This document shows, piece by piece, positions 50,103 through 63,664 of a stretch of DNA of 64,000 bases. The stretch comes from Mustelus asterias (taxonomy: Eukaryota): the NCBI RefSeq assembly GCF_964213995.1, contig NC_135830.1, positions 4,588,001-4,652,000 on the forward strand, written 5' to 3'. Below the pieces are notes generated by a model. The model worked only from the letters and a program-made list of their open reading frames with translations. It was not told where the DNA came from and made no database searches. The translations under genes were made by a program, and so were the position numbers. Each line of letters opens with the position of its first letter. Within the stretch, counting starts at the first letter, position 1.

Positions 50103-53100
50103 TTCACCACATGCAATAGCAAAGTGTGTCCAACAGATGGCTATGAAACCTCGAATTTTGGCATTACAGGAAACGGAGATTGTCTCAATTATTACTGCAA
50201 AGGTCTCGGTCTCTGCTCATCTTGAAATGCACCCAGCCTCTGTTTATATGCCACGAAATCACATTTCTGAATGTATGACAATAATTAAGTTATTTCTGTA
50301 CTCAGCAAATTCCCAATTGTCATTATGGTTATTCAGAACTTAACTGATATACAACAGCATTGAATTAAATCTTGGCCAATGTCATAATACTCCATTTCTG
50401 AGTTGTTACTTGACGAGAACGTGTCTGTCCTGATTCTGTACCAGAACATGTTACTGTTTGCACATCGCAAGGCTCTGTCTCAGTTATTATATTGCTGGAA
50501 CCTGCCACGTATACACGACATGTGTAGGTTAGAGGGATTAGTGGGTAAAATATGTCGGGATTTGGGGGTAGGGCCTGGGTGGGATTGTGATCGGTGAAGA
50601 CTCGATGGGCCGAATGGCCTCTTTCTGTACTGTAGGATTTCTATGATTTCTATGACATCTCAATCACTGCTGCACCAGCCCAGCTCCCTGTTCATAACCA
50701 ACAATATCCTGTCACTGTTATTATTGTGTTATATCATGTTTCTTTATTGCTGCACTTGTCCCTGTCAAAGCTTATATTATTGGAACGTCTTTGCCATTAA
50801 TTACTGTGCCAGGCTTTGTCTCAGTTTCTATTATACAATGTGAGGAATCAGAAACAACTAATTACGTTCGATCCTCTTTTGTTATTACTGCGCCAGACCA
50901 AACCCCTCTTCATCTTCAGCAAGATACGGTCTCAATTTTACTTTACTCAGTACTGCCCCACTTTTTCTTCCACTGGGCCACATCTCAATTCACTTCAAAT
51001 TATATCATGTCGCTGTTTATATTCCGGTCGTATCTGTTTTAGCCTACAATATTATAAAACCGTTTTCAGATTTTTTATTATTGCAGAATTTGTCCTTGTT
51101 CATATTAGAATAGATCTGGTCGTTTCCATAACTGCACCACTCTATTTCTATTACAGGAGACCACGCTGATTATTAATATACCAGATCTTGTTTCAGTAAA
51201 TACTAAACTGGACCTAGTATCCGCCCATATTACGACATATACTGTATCCATAATGAGTGCACTGTGCCCTGCCTCTGTATTACTGCACAAAAGTCTGTCC
51301 TTATTTTTATTAAAATAGACGATGTCGATGAAATATCACATCGGCTCTTGTCTTAGGTATTTGAGTGCTTATTATTTCAAATAGTCTATTTCCTAATAAC
51401 CCTTTTTGGAGAAAATTCACTTTATCTTTACAATTTCCCTTTAATTGTCCGATTCATCAGTTTCATGCATCTCCAGCTTCTGTGAATGTATGAAAATCAC
51501 AAACAGTCCATGCATTTCAATTAAATGATTATTTAATAATGTAATAATTAATTGATTAGCTTTCTGTTGCATACTCTTGTTTCTACAGTGCCTTTATTGT
51601 GTACCGTGTCGGATTATCTCCCTTTGGAGATCAGTTGGAAAATGAAGTGAAATCCAACGCGAATGATGAGCGGATTAATGGAAAATGGTCATCTCAGCAT
51701 GTCACAGAAGCTTCTGATATAAACCTCCGATGTTTGCTGATTTGTGCAAATGATTTCAAAAATGAACCTGGACCTTTCCCTGAAAGGAGATAAATGCGCC
51801 TGTACTTCGTATTGCTATTGATGCAAAGGACTGAAACATTTGCTGCTCTCCAGAGAAGGTTCAATATTTATGTTTCTGTAGTTTTTAACCGTTGCATTCA
51901 CCAATTCCATGGTAATGATCCGCAACATTTTGGTAGATTGGACTCCCTGTAGGTTATACTCTAAATAATCGAATATAAGACAGGACCACGTGCATCATAA
52001 AGATTGACCAGGCCTTGTATGATATTCACAGAGACCCGAGCTGATGAACGTGGACTGCATCAGTTCAGGAAGACAGCTCATCTCCACCTTCTAAAACGTA
52101 ATTAGGGAAGGGCAACCCATGCCAGTGACGCCCGCATAAATGATTTAAAATCGTGCAGAAATATAAGACACTAAATCTGGTCGAAGAATAAACAGATATA
52201 CCAGCGCAATGATAACATGAACTGTGCGTTGGAGTAACATAAACCAATTTATGGGTTACATTGAATAAGAGATTCATGATCAGCTATAACATTAAAATAA
52301 ACAGTAATTTGTGTGATCTTTGTAGAAAAAGTACTTTGTGGAATAATGACTAGTGGCAGTCAAATATAACAAAACGATACACAGGTCTTTTATTCAGAAT
52401 TGATAAGCTAACTGTTTCCAAAAATAATCATGGAGAATTAGAGCATTAGAATTTTAATGACCGGCTCCAGTGTATCAATAACAGAGACTGCTGGGCCCGG
52501 GGTCAGACTGTAGTGTGATATAAGGAAACAATTAGTTTTAGGGCCTTCGCGCAGGGTTTTGTGTCATGGTGAGTGACCCAGGGTTCTCTGTAGCAATCAC
52601 AGTGTGGAAACATCATTACAGAGGAAGGAGTGACTGACTCCATCTGACCACGAGCTGATATTCCGAAGGAGAGGACAATCATGGCGGATTTGTGATATCT
52701 GAGGGGCAATGCTGCATTTGTCAGACGAACAGAAAGCAGCCTGTTATTTCCCTTTCTTAGCAACTATTTACCTACACAAACTGGGGTCAGGTCCTGCAGC
52801 TTGCAGAAACCTGGATTTAAATTTTCAACTAAGGAAATATGATGACTGAAAAGTTTAAATATCGAATCATCATCAGAGGGGAAAAGAAAATAGTGCAGCA
52901 TATGTTAAGGGTAATTGTGCTTTTCCTAACAAAGTTCTATCCAGTGTCATTCTGTTCAAAGTGATGGTTTGTGAATAGTAATTAATGTATGAATGTTTCC
53001 TGGCATTTCCCGACATATATACACATACAGATTCTGTCAAAAGACGGAATCAGTCCAAGATGACAGCTGTATAAATATTGCATTTTATTCAATCTCAATT

Positions 53101-53589
53101 CAGGACAGAGGTAGATCCAGAAAGGATGCTGGCACAATTATATGGATGAACCATTCAAATGGCCCCATTGTTCAATAGCCCTTTAAATTTTAATCCCATC
53201 AAGGATTTTCCTAATTTGTTTTCCAAAGTCACGGTTAAATCTGATTCCATCACCATTTCAGGCAGTCCATTCCAGGTCACAACAACTTACTGTGTAAAAT
53301 GATATAAATACCCTTCTGTCCTCCTGTTCAAAAACAAAATCTGTGCCGATTGGTTACCGACCGCCCTCCCGGTTAAAAATAAGTATTTATTTAAATACCC
53401 CTCCCCCAACTTCATGATTTTCAGCATTTATGAAATAGACTCACGAGAACATGGATTGAGATACAGGGAAAGATAGAAAAAATAAAACGAGAAAGAAGTA
53501 CAGGGTGCTGACAGATAAAATGCTCAGAAACAAAAAGAAAAGAAACAAAGGCAGAGAAAATGATACAATTATGAAAGGAATGAAGAATT

Positions 53590-54198
53590 TTGTCCTTCAT
53601 TGCTAGATTAAAAACAGCGAGGTTATGTTGCAGCTGTATAAGGTGCTGGTGAGGCCACACCTGAAGTACTATGTACAGTTTTGGTCTCCTTACTCGAGAA
53701 AGGATATACTGGCACTGGAGGGGGTGCAGAGGAGATTCACTAGGTTGATTCTGGAGTTGAGAGGTTTGGCTTATGAGGAGAGACTGAGTAGACTGGGGCT
53801 ATACTCATGGGAATTTAGAAGAATGAGGGGAGTTCTTATAGAAACATATAAGATTATGATGGGACTAGATACGATAGAAACGGAAACAGCTGAAACTACA
53901 ACTAGGGGCATGACCTCAAAATAAGGGGGAGCAGATTTAGGACTGAGTTGAAGAGCAATTTCTTCACCCAACTGATTGTGAATCTGTAGAATTCCCTTCC
54001 CAGTTGATGCTACCTCATTGATGTTTTTAAGGTAATGATAGATACATTTTTGAACAGCAAAGGAATTAAGACTATTGGTGAGCGGGCAGATAAGTGGAGC
54101 TGAGTCCACGAAAAGATCGGCCATGATCATATTGAACGGCGGAGCAGGCTCGAGGGGCCAGATGGCCTACTCCTGCTCCTCGTTCTTATGTTCTTATG
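53590..54198 (+). mobile_element. CR1 3' fragment
   Basis: MLQLYKVLVRPHL peptide and ttcttatg tail. Confidence 0.9.
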
Positions 54199-55467
54199 TA
54201 ACAAGCGATTGTTTCCCGCCTTCACGGAACCCGGGTGAGCTGGGTGATTGATCCATTGACCATCCAGTTATGACCAAGAATGGAAATTTTAAAGAGATCA
54301 CAGGCTCATTTGTAAATGTCACCACAATGTGATCTGTGTGTCTCTGCCCTGACTCTCTGGACAGATATAGGCCGCATTTACAGATGTTCTCTCCAGATTG
54401 TGAAACAGGAAGATGCGTTACCTGAGAATGAAACAGCCAGCGTCAGTCTTCCTGCCTGTGAGGGTGAACTCATTCTGATAGCATTAAGAACAACCACACA
54501 GATTGGTGCCGGTCACAGTATTACATTCAACTCCATTTCCATTTTAAAGAATAACATCAATTATAACATATGGACTAAAGACATTAACTGGAGAGGAGAT
54601 GGACTGAAGTTTATCACTTGGGGAAAAGAATGAAAATTCAAGCAATAATGTTGCCCACAGAATGTAACTGTAAAATACAAACTTTCAAGTGTGTTAGCTG
54701 TTGTGTGAGAGAAATCGAGGAAAGAGGTTAACTGAATGAACTAATCTGAATCTGGTTCTGAATTTTTTGTGATTCAGCTTTTCAATCACAAAGTGCCTGA
54801 AGCCAAAAATTGAACATTGGGTTCTCGCAGCTGTCAGGTCCAGCTCTTAGGTGCATGGGTAAGTGAGTTAATTGAGATTGAGAGGGGGAAGAGATATTAT
54901 CTGATTTAGGTAGAGTTTGAGACTGAGAAAGAGAGGATAGCAGCAAACCATTTGAAAGATGCATTACCTTGCTAGCAGAATGGCCAGCTGTACATCACGT
55001 TCAACAGCGTCCCAGGTAATGTATTACCTTTAGGTATTGACTGAGGCTTAGAATCTGCAAGCAAACACTCAATAAATTATAATAACATGCTTAAGGTCAA
55101 TATCAATTATTTGCAACTTCCTTTTGAAAACAATGAAAAAACATGTGTATCGTCATCCACATCCACACATTACAGGTGCACTCACAAGGATGGCACAATC
55201 GTTAGCACTGCTAACTCAGCACGCTCGGGATGGATTGGCGGGGATGCGGCGGGAGCGTGCTGTGTTAACAGAAACAAGGTACATTGTGATAAAACTAAAC
55301 TCAAGGAGCAGTGAAATTCAAATGAATACATGGTCGCACTATAGTAAGAACTACAAATATGGTCAATTATCGGTTTCAAGGAATCATTGACTGATGCAGT
55401 AACTGATATAAGATCTAATGTTATGGACCCCGAGGGTCAACTAGAGAAAGAAAGAGAAGGACAAGTA

Positions 55468-55775
55468 CATAGCTTTTTCCCAGATCAGAAGTGACGTTCA
55501 CGAGGGGTCACGGGCTCAAGGTGAGAGGGGCGAAGTATAACTCAGATATTAGAGGGATGTTATTTACACAGAGGGTGTTGGGGGTCTGGAATGCGCTGCC
55601 AAGTAGGGTGGTGGAGGCAGGCACGCTGACATCGTTTAAGACTTACCTGGATAGTCACATGAGCAGCCTGGGAATGGAGGGATACAAACGATTGGTCCAG
55701 TTGGACCAAGGAGCGGCACAGGCTTGGAGGGCCGAAGGGCCTGTTTCCTGTGCTGTACTGTTCTTTGTTCTTTGT
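55468..55775 (+). mobile_element. Short CR1 3' fragment
   Basis: TRGHGLKVRG..FTQRV..WNALP peptide and ttctttg tail. Confidence 0.85.
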
Positions 55776-56869
55776 ACAGTGATAGACGAGATAGGACTCA
55801 CTGAACTGTTAACAGTGACATTGTATAGTACAGTATTAAATATAACAGGGTATTGTGATATTTGCAGCTACAAAATGGGCGTGAAATAAACTAAGCCCAA
55901 GCTGTAACGGAATTGCTTGAATAGGGGATTCATTTCCAAACTGAGACATGACTGAGCTTCGCAACAACTAAGACTGGATTCCAGTGCTATGTCTATATTC
56001 AGAATATCTGCAGTCATTACTGATACGGAGTCTGGATCTATGTAAACTGACACAGCATTTTGAGCTGAGATTGCTGATGCAGAGTCCGGATTAATAAAAC
56101 CTGAGACAGCGGCCGGAATGTCATTGTCCAGCCCGCACGGGAATTGCAGCGGGTAAGAGGCGGACCATGGAAAGGTCTGTTGCTGTCGGGCGGGACTTTA
56201 CGGTCCCAGGACTGGTTTTGCTGCCATGAACACTTCATTGAAACCAGTGAAGTATTTATGGAAATTAACACAGAATTAGAAATCCCAGATTGCGTTGTTG
56301 ACTGACAGAAACATAACAAATATTTCCCCACCAACACAGCACAGACACAAAGAGAAACATGAGAATAAATCAACGGCTTCGAGTGGGGATTCTGTATTCT
56401 TTTGGAAATTTTTTCTTCATCAGTTATTTACGACAAACAAGCGATGATGAAATTTATGTTCAGAATTAGGAGAAATTAACTCAAATCCCGAAATATAATG
56501 GCAGGGCCAATGTTTTTGTGGAGACATCCTGTGTTTTTTTTCTCTGTCTGTCTTTTTCCTGTCTAACTATGTGTCGTTTCCCTCCATGATGCGTGTTTGT
56601 CTTCACTCCACAACATGAAGTCAGCTTCCAGTCAATGTATCACCGCAACCCTATTCACAGGCTTTTAACGAAATGAGTCTCATTCAGTGAATTGGATTCC
56701 GTGGAGGGAACTTTCCTCGAACATTTGTCATGAGCATTCAATGACCTCAGAGTGTTCAATTGGAAATGTAGGGGAAATTTAACAATGTATCCAACCCGGG
56801 CTGTACCTCGTGGTGGGATTTGATGTGGCAGTACCAAAGGATCTTTCTCTGTATTTATCCAGTGCTTTC

Positions 56870-58490
56870 CCTGCTCTTGGCCCTGCCTCTGTTTATATTG
56901 CAGTATACCCTGTCTCTGTTCATATTAATGGAGTCATATAGTCATAGAATCACCGATTCATGCAGCGCAAAAGAGGCCCTTCATTCCACCTAGTCCACAT
57001 TAACACGTCGAGACAAGCTAACTGTTTATACTAATCTGGACACCTTTTTATTTTTATATTACACGTCTCCATGTCTCTGTTTATATTAAATAAGGCCCTG
57101 ACGCTGTTTATATTAATGTCTCTGCTTGTATTTAACTGGATTCAGTCCCAGTTCTGCACTTCAATATGCCCATGTTTATATTACATTCGACACGGCCTGC
57201 TCCCAGTAATGTGGAAACTGGCTGGGGGAAAATAATTCTCTATATCCTCCGACACATACAACTCTATGGAATAGGAAGTTGTCTTGTGCACTGGCGAACA
57301 CGAATATCTGAAATCTAATTCTGCTGACTACTATGAAAATCGCCATTAAGCCCTGCATAAAATGTGCTGTCGATCTAATACTCTCCGTTTCAGGAAATTG
57401 CCGGGAACCTATTTTTAACCCAATATATTTATTTATTATATTCTTTCCATTTCGCAAAAAAACTGCAGTATTGTAGCCATAATCCAAACAGAGGCATAAT
57501 CTAGAACATTAATAACAGTGACCCAGAGTGAAATATAGACAGAGTATGGAAAAACTATCATCTAAGCAGAGATTAGGTCCAGTGCAATATAAACTACGTT
57601 CTGGCCTGGTGGAGTAATAACAGGGGCAGCGTCTATTTTAATATAAGCAGTGAACTTATTCTAGTAATGAGGTAGTGCCGACTGCCAATGGGGGATGGTC
57701 AAAAGTCAAATGCTGGTATTTCCAATGACGCCTGCATCCCAGGAAATAAACGTTAAAACGTATGTATGACATGGTCCAGTGAGGGAAAACTGAGACAATG
57801 CCTAGTGTATTTCTAATGGATGCAGGAGTTTCTGCGATACAAACTGAGACAGAATCTCATGCATTATTGTAATTCCAATTGCAGAACCTAGATCGATATT
57901 CACTGAGGCAGGAACTAGTGTATTAGCTATGATTATTGATACAGGACCTATACTGATATAAATTGGGACGCACCCTAGTGCATTCGTAGGAATTTCTCAT
58001 ACGGGATGCAGAAAAGTGTACACTGAGACATGTAATGCAGCAAATAGGGTCTCCCATAATAAAATAATAACGGAGAGAACATGGTGCAAAGGATACAAAT
58101 ACATGGACTGCTGAAGCACTAACTGAAACAGGGTCGAGTATATTAGAAACTAATTAATTAGTAGCGCAATAACTCTGACCAAACCGTGGGTTAATGCAAG
58201 AAAGATAGCGGTGTTCCTAATTATTATACAGAGATAAATTTTCCAAGCGAACATAAAAACTGAGGCAGAGCTTCTTGCCAGATTAACTGAGACATAGTTC
58301 AACGCAGTCACAACGAAGAAAGTGTAACATAAACAGGGCGCTGGCCTTATATGTGAACAACTGATGTTGAGCCGAGTGCAGAAACAATGTAGAACGTGTC
58401 TGCTGTAAATACGATCAGAGACACCACCTAGTGTAACATAAACAGAGGCGGATAGGGTGTGGACCAGGTGAATATAGGCACAGATCTGAT
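56870..58490. repeat. Degenerate 27-bp satellite (consensus about ccctgcctctgtttatattacactagg) in two opposed blocks; related block at about 50660-51330
   Basis: 27-bp period at 56881/56908 and 57069/57096. Reverse-complement units such as ctagtgtaacataaacagaggc at 58428. Confidence 0.6.
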
Positions 58491-59683
58491 TTGCTTAAAA
58501 TTATTTAATGGGATTTGGCGTCACTGGGAAGTTCAGCTTTTGTGACCAGTTCCTAATTTCCCTTGAGAATGCAGTGCTGAGCCTTCTTCTTGAACCATTG
58601 CATTTCATACTGAGGAAGCACACCCACAGTGGTGATAGTAAGGGAATTCCATGACTTTCATCCAGTGACAGTGAATGAACAACAATATAGTTCCCCGTCC
58701 AGATGGTGTGTGGCTTGGTCGGGAACTTGTTGGTAGTTGTATTCCCACTCATCTGCTGCCCAATCCTTTTAAGTATCAGAGTTAATACAAAGGAGTGTCC
58801 TATTGAACTAGTTGCTGTACATCTGGTACATAGTTAACACTGCCAGAGTTGTGCGCCCATGATGCAGGGAGCACGATGCAGGTGGTGGATGGGTATTTTG
58901 TCCTGGATGGTGTCGAACATCTCGGGTGTTGCTTGAGAGACACACGTCTGATTGGTAGTTCCAGTAAGTAAACACTGTGGTCCTGTAGATAATAAAATCG
59001 GCGTGAGATGTGAAAAGTAGATGAAGTAACAATGATTAGAAGACAACGCTTAGATGGAGTAAGAAGGGAGGAGGGACGTGATTTTAAGTTCAGCAGCAAA
59101 ACAGACCAGTTCAGCTGAATGGCGTCTTTCTGTGCTGTAAGCTTAAAGTAACTTTCTAGTTCAGACCAAAATGTTCACCAAGAAAAGGATGGTAACCACC
59201 TCTGCTCCGAACTGAAAAACTGGGCAAATCCCAAAATGAAAAATGGAAACCTTTAAAAGTCAGCATCACATACACTTTTCTAGGTCGGGTAGATAATTAA
59301 GAAATATCTCCCCTTCGTGGAAGGGTCAACAACCAGATGATATAGATTTAAGTTAAGGAACGGTAGAGTGAGAGGGCATTTGTGGAGAACCTTTATCACC
59401 CAGAGGGTGTTTTGAATGTGCAACTAACTGCCTGAAAGGCTGGTAGGGGCAGGAACTCCACAGCATTTTAGAGAAATTTAAATGGGTCCTTGTAACACCA
59501 ATGCATCCGAGGCTATGGAGCAAGTGTTGGACAATGGAATTAAAAGAGATTGGTGTTTCTTGGCTAACGCAGTTACAATGGACTGATGGGCCTTTTCTGT
59601 GCTGTAAAACTCTATGACTCTAAAGCCTCTATCCAGGAGTTCTATTGCCTCCGAAATTGACGCATGATGTATGTTTTCGATAG

Positions 59684-60075
59684 TTAAAAATCCACAGGAA
59701 CCCTCCGTTTCTGTCCTCCTGCCCTCGGCAGAAGAAGTCTCCGCTCACAGGTTCGTCTCCCTCAGCTGCTGAGTGAGAGGTTTCTCCCCCCGAGAGATCT
59801 TCGTCAAGTGGACGATCAATGACAAGCCAGTGAATCCCGGGAACTATAAGAACACCGAGGTGGTGGCGGAGAACGGCAATGGCTCCTTCTTCATGTACAG
59901 CCTGATAGCTATTGCAGTGGAGGAGTGGTCCAGTGACACTTCTTACTCATGTGTGGTGGGACATGAAGCCATCCCCTTGAAGGTCATCGACAGGACGGTT
60001 GACAAATCCAGCGTTAAACCCGGTTTTGTGAACATTTCTCTTGCACTGATGGACACCGTCAATTCATGTCAATGA
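59684..60075 (+). pseudogene. IGHM: IgM heavy-chain C-mu4 plus secretory tail exon with a premature stop
   Basis: Acceptor tttcgatag|TT. Reads [41 protein letters not shown]...[44 protein letters not shown]1-set Cys/Trp/Cys, tailpiece with NIS sequon and penultimate Cys, TGA at 59770. Confidence 0.92.
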
Positions 60076-60102
60076 GAATCATACAGTTATATTCGAAACT
60101 GC

Positions 60103-60117
60103 AATAAACATAATAAA
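60103..60117 (+). terminator. Tandem AATAAA polyadenylation signals of the secretory mu transcript
   Basis: AATAAA at 60103 and 60112, about 30 nt after the stop. Confidence 0.7.
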
Positions 60118-60499
60118 ATCTTTTTCCTCCAATGATGAATGAAAATCGCTTAATTGATAGTTTTCCAGTTTTACTTCCATTAGATCTCTTTGGTTTGGAT
60201 CCCATATTTACAAGTCTTGTAGAATCAGTGCTCCCATATCAGAGACACGCTCCCTGGGTTCGAGACAGACCAGAGCATATTCATTACCAAATTCTGCAAA
60301 ATAGCTTCACCAACCTTCCTCTGCTGAGGAGAAATCCAACGAATACATATTTCAGATAATCAAATACAGCATATTTAGATCTTGATGTTCCTGCTTTTCC
60401 CTTTGTCCATCCCATTAACATTGATGTCAGCTTTAAGTTGCTGCACTACACCCACTGGGAACTGAAATGAGGGTCACACACAGACATAGAGCAACAATC

Positions 60500-60905
60500 C
60501 CCCATCAGAGAGAGGGGGGATTGAAATTGTTAACACACTGGATTCCCACCCCTCGAGCAAAGAGAGGGGAGGGGCATTAGGAAATCCACAGTAACTGTAC
60601 TGTCCCAGCAAAGTGAGGGGGCGGGGCATTGGATAATCCACTGTACCCGCACTCCACCAACAATGAGAGTGGGAGCGGCATTAGCTAAACCACTGTACCC
60701 TCGCTTCACAAAAAAGAGGAGTAGTTAATCCACTGTATCAGCACTCACCCCAAAAAGAGGGGGAAGGACATTAGTTAATGCACTCGACCCACAATTTCCC
60801 AGTGATGAAGAGGGGAGTGTAGTTAATCCACTGTACCCCCACATCCCAACAAAGCGAGGGGGAGGGACAGTAGTAAACCCCCTGTATCTACAGCTCCACA
60901 GCAGA
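60500..60905. repeat. Minisatellite, about 45-53 bp unit, about 8 degenerate copies
   Basis: Recurring gagggggagggacattagttaatccactgtaccc. Confidence 0.85.
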
Positions 60906-61371
60906 GAAAACCGAAATGGAAACTGCTCAGTCCATAGGAGAGAACAAAATGATGAACTCAATATGCTCCTCCTCCCCGAGCAGAAGTTACGGAAGGGAAT
61001 GGGATTCGATGGCATGGGCTCAGTCACCAAACGTTTTCTACTTTTCTGGCTGCAAATTCTGAACTTCTAACATGCAAATCATGTTGTGGAATATATATTT
61101 CTGGGACATTATTTTCAAAGTTTAAACACCATGTTCATCGTTTGCTAACGTTGATTTCTCACAATCCAAATTTAAACTGGTGACTGTATCCTCCCTGGGT
61201 TTTCATACACCCACCCCTGATTTTTATGTGGATCAATAAATTGTTGCATTCATTCAAAGAATTTCGCCTTACATCTCATAGTAGAGAAGTATCAACAGAG
61301 GATGTTGAAATCATTCTCCATAATTCGCACCCGTCAGGGTCAAAGTCTATTATTTCCATCCTGTGAAACGT

Positions 61372-63605
61372 GAACATAGAACATTACAACGCAGTACAGG
61401 CCCTTCGGCCCTCGAGTTGCGCCGACCCGTGAAACCAATCTCAAACCCATTTAACCTACACTATTCCAATATCATCCATATGTTTATCCAATGACCATTT
61501 CAATGCCCTTAATGTTTGCGAGTCCACTACTGTTGCAGGCAGGGCATTCAACGCCCTGAATATTCTCTGAGTAAAGAAACTACCTCTGACATCTGTCCTA
61601 TATCTATCACCCTTCAATGTAAAGCTATGTCCCCCTCATGCTAGCCATCACCATCCGAGGAAAAGGGCTCTCACTGTCCACCCTATCTAATTCTCTGATC
61701 ATCTTGTATGCCTCTATTAAGTCACCTCTTAACCTTCTTCTCTCCAACGAAAACATCCTCAAGTCCCTCAGCCTTTCCTCATAAGACCTTCCCACCATAC
61801 CAGGCATCATCCTGGTAAATCTCCTCTCCACCATTTCAAATGCCTCCGCATCCTTCCTACAATGCGGCGGCCAGAATTGTACACAATATTCCAAGTGCAG
61901 CTGCACCAGAGTTTTGTACAGCTGCAACATGACTTCATGGCTCCGAAACTCAATCCCTCGACCAAAAAAAGCTGACACACGGTACGCCTTCTTAACAACC
62001 CTATCAACCTGGGTGCCAACTTTCAGGGATCTATGCACATGGACACCGAGATCTCTCTGCTCATTCACAATACCAAGTATCTTACCATTAGCCCAGTACT
62101 CTGTATTCCTGTTACTCCTTCCAAAGTGAATCACCTCACACGTTTCCACATTAAACTCCATTTGCCACCTCTCAGCCCAGCTCTGCAGCTTATCTATGTC
62201 CCTCTGTAACCTGCAACATCCTTCCGCAGTGTCCACAACTCCACCGATTTGAGTGTCATCCGCAAATTTACTAACCCATCCTTCTACGCCCTCATCCATG
62301 TCATTTATAAAAATTACAAACAGCAGTGGCCCCAAAACAGATCCTTGCGGTACACCACTAGTAACTGAACTCCAGGATGAACATTTCCCATCAACCACCA
62401 CCCTCTGTCTTCTTACAGCTGGCCAATTTCTGATCCAAATCGCTAAATCACTCTCAATCCCATGTGTCCGTATGTTCTGCAATAGCTAACCGTGGGGAAC
62501 CTTATCAAATGCTTTACTGAAATCCATACACACCACATCAACCGCTTTACCCTCATTCACTTCTTTGGTCATCTACTCAAATAACTCAATAAGGTTTGTG
62601 AGGCACGACCTACCCTTCACAAAACCGTGTTGACTACCCTAATCAAATTATTCCTTTCGAGATTATTGGCACCCCTCTGGTTCATAGAAATAATAGAAAC
62701 CCTACAGTACAGAAAGAGGCCATTGGGCCCATCGAGTCTGCACAGACCACAATCCCACCCAGGCCCTACCCCCATATCCCGACATATTTTACCCACTAAT
62801 CCCTCTAACCTACGCATCCCAGGACACTAAGGGGCAATTTTGGCATTGCCAATCAACCTAACCCGCACATATTTGGACTGTGGGAAGAAACCGGAGCACC
62901 CGGAGGAAACCCACGCAGACACGAGGAGAATGTGCAATCTCCACACAGACAGTGACCCAAGCCGGGAATCAAACCCCGGTCCCTGGAGCTGTGAAGCAGC
63001 CGTGCTAACCACTATGCTACCGTGCCGTTCAGATGTAGACAATCCCGTTTGGAGAGGTTCCACCTACCCCAGAATGAGCCCCAATTATCCAGGTATCTGA
63101 ATCCCTCCCTCCTGCACCATCCTTGTAGTCACATGTTCACCGCTCTCTCTCCCTATTCCTCTCCTCGCTAGCAAGTGGCAAGGGTAACAAACCAGAGATA
63201 ACAACTCTGTTTGTTCTAGCTCTAAGCTTCAACCCTAACACCCTGAAATTCTGTCTTACATCCCCATCCATTTCCCACCTATGTCTTGGGTGCCTATGTG
63301 GATCACGACTTGGGGCTGGTCCCCCTCCCCCTTAAGAATCCCGAAAACACGATCCGAGACATCACGGACCCTGGCACCTGGGAGGCAACACACCAACCGC
63401 GAGTCTCTCTCGTTCCCACAGAATCTCCTATCTGTCCCCCTAATTATGGAGTCCCCAGTGACGAATGTTCTACTCCTCTCCACCCTTCCCTTCCCTTCTG
63501 AGCAACAAGGACATACTCTGTGCCAGAGACCTGTACCCTATGGCTTACACCTATTAATTTGTCCGCCCTAAAGGTATCCAAAACGGTATACTTGTTATAC
63601 AGAGG
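61372..63605 (-). mobile_element. Internally deleted CR1 (ORF1 esterase piece joined to RT) with a nested SINE
   Basis: RT ORF 61625-62482. ORF1 pieces GDSIIRG..HIGTQD at 63256-63483. Direct ORF1-to-RT junction near 62660. Confidence 0.9.
62680..63027 (-). mobile_element. HE1/V-SINE-type SINE inserted in CR1 ORF1
   Basis: Complete head, core and tail, flanked by a gttca duplication. Confidence 0.9.
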
Positions 63606-63664
63606 AACATTAGCACAATAGTACTATTGTACAATAGTGGTACAATAGTAAATAGAGAGGCGAC

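Noticed and set aside
51589-51740. Acceptor followed by LLCTVSDYLPLEISW..ENGHLSMSQKLL, faintly like an Ig C1 domain
   Set aside because: Wrong Cys-Trp spacing, no A strand and several stops. It cannot be separated from chance without an HMM search.
39982-60905. Regular repeats at 39982 and 60500 as CRISPR-like arrays
   Set aside because: Vertebrate DNA, the whole units are homologous with no unique spacers, and there are no cas genes.
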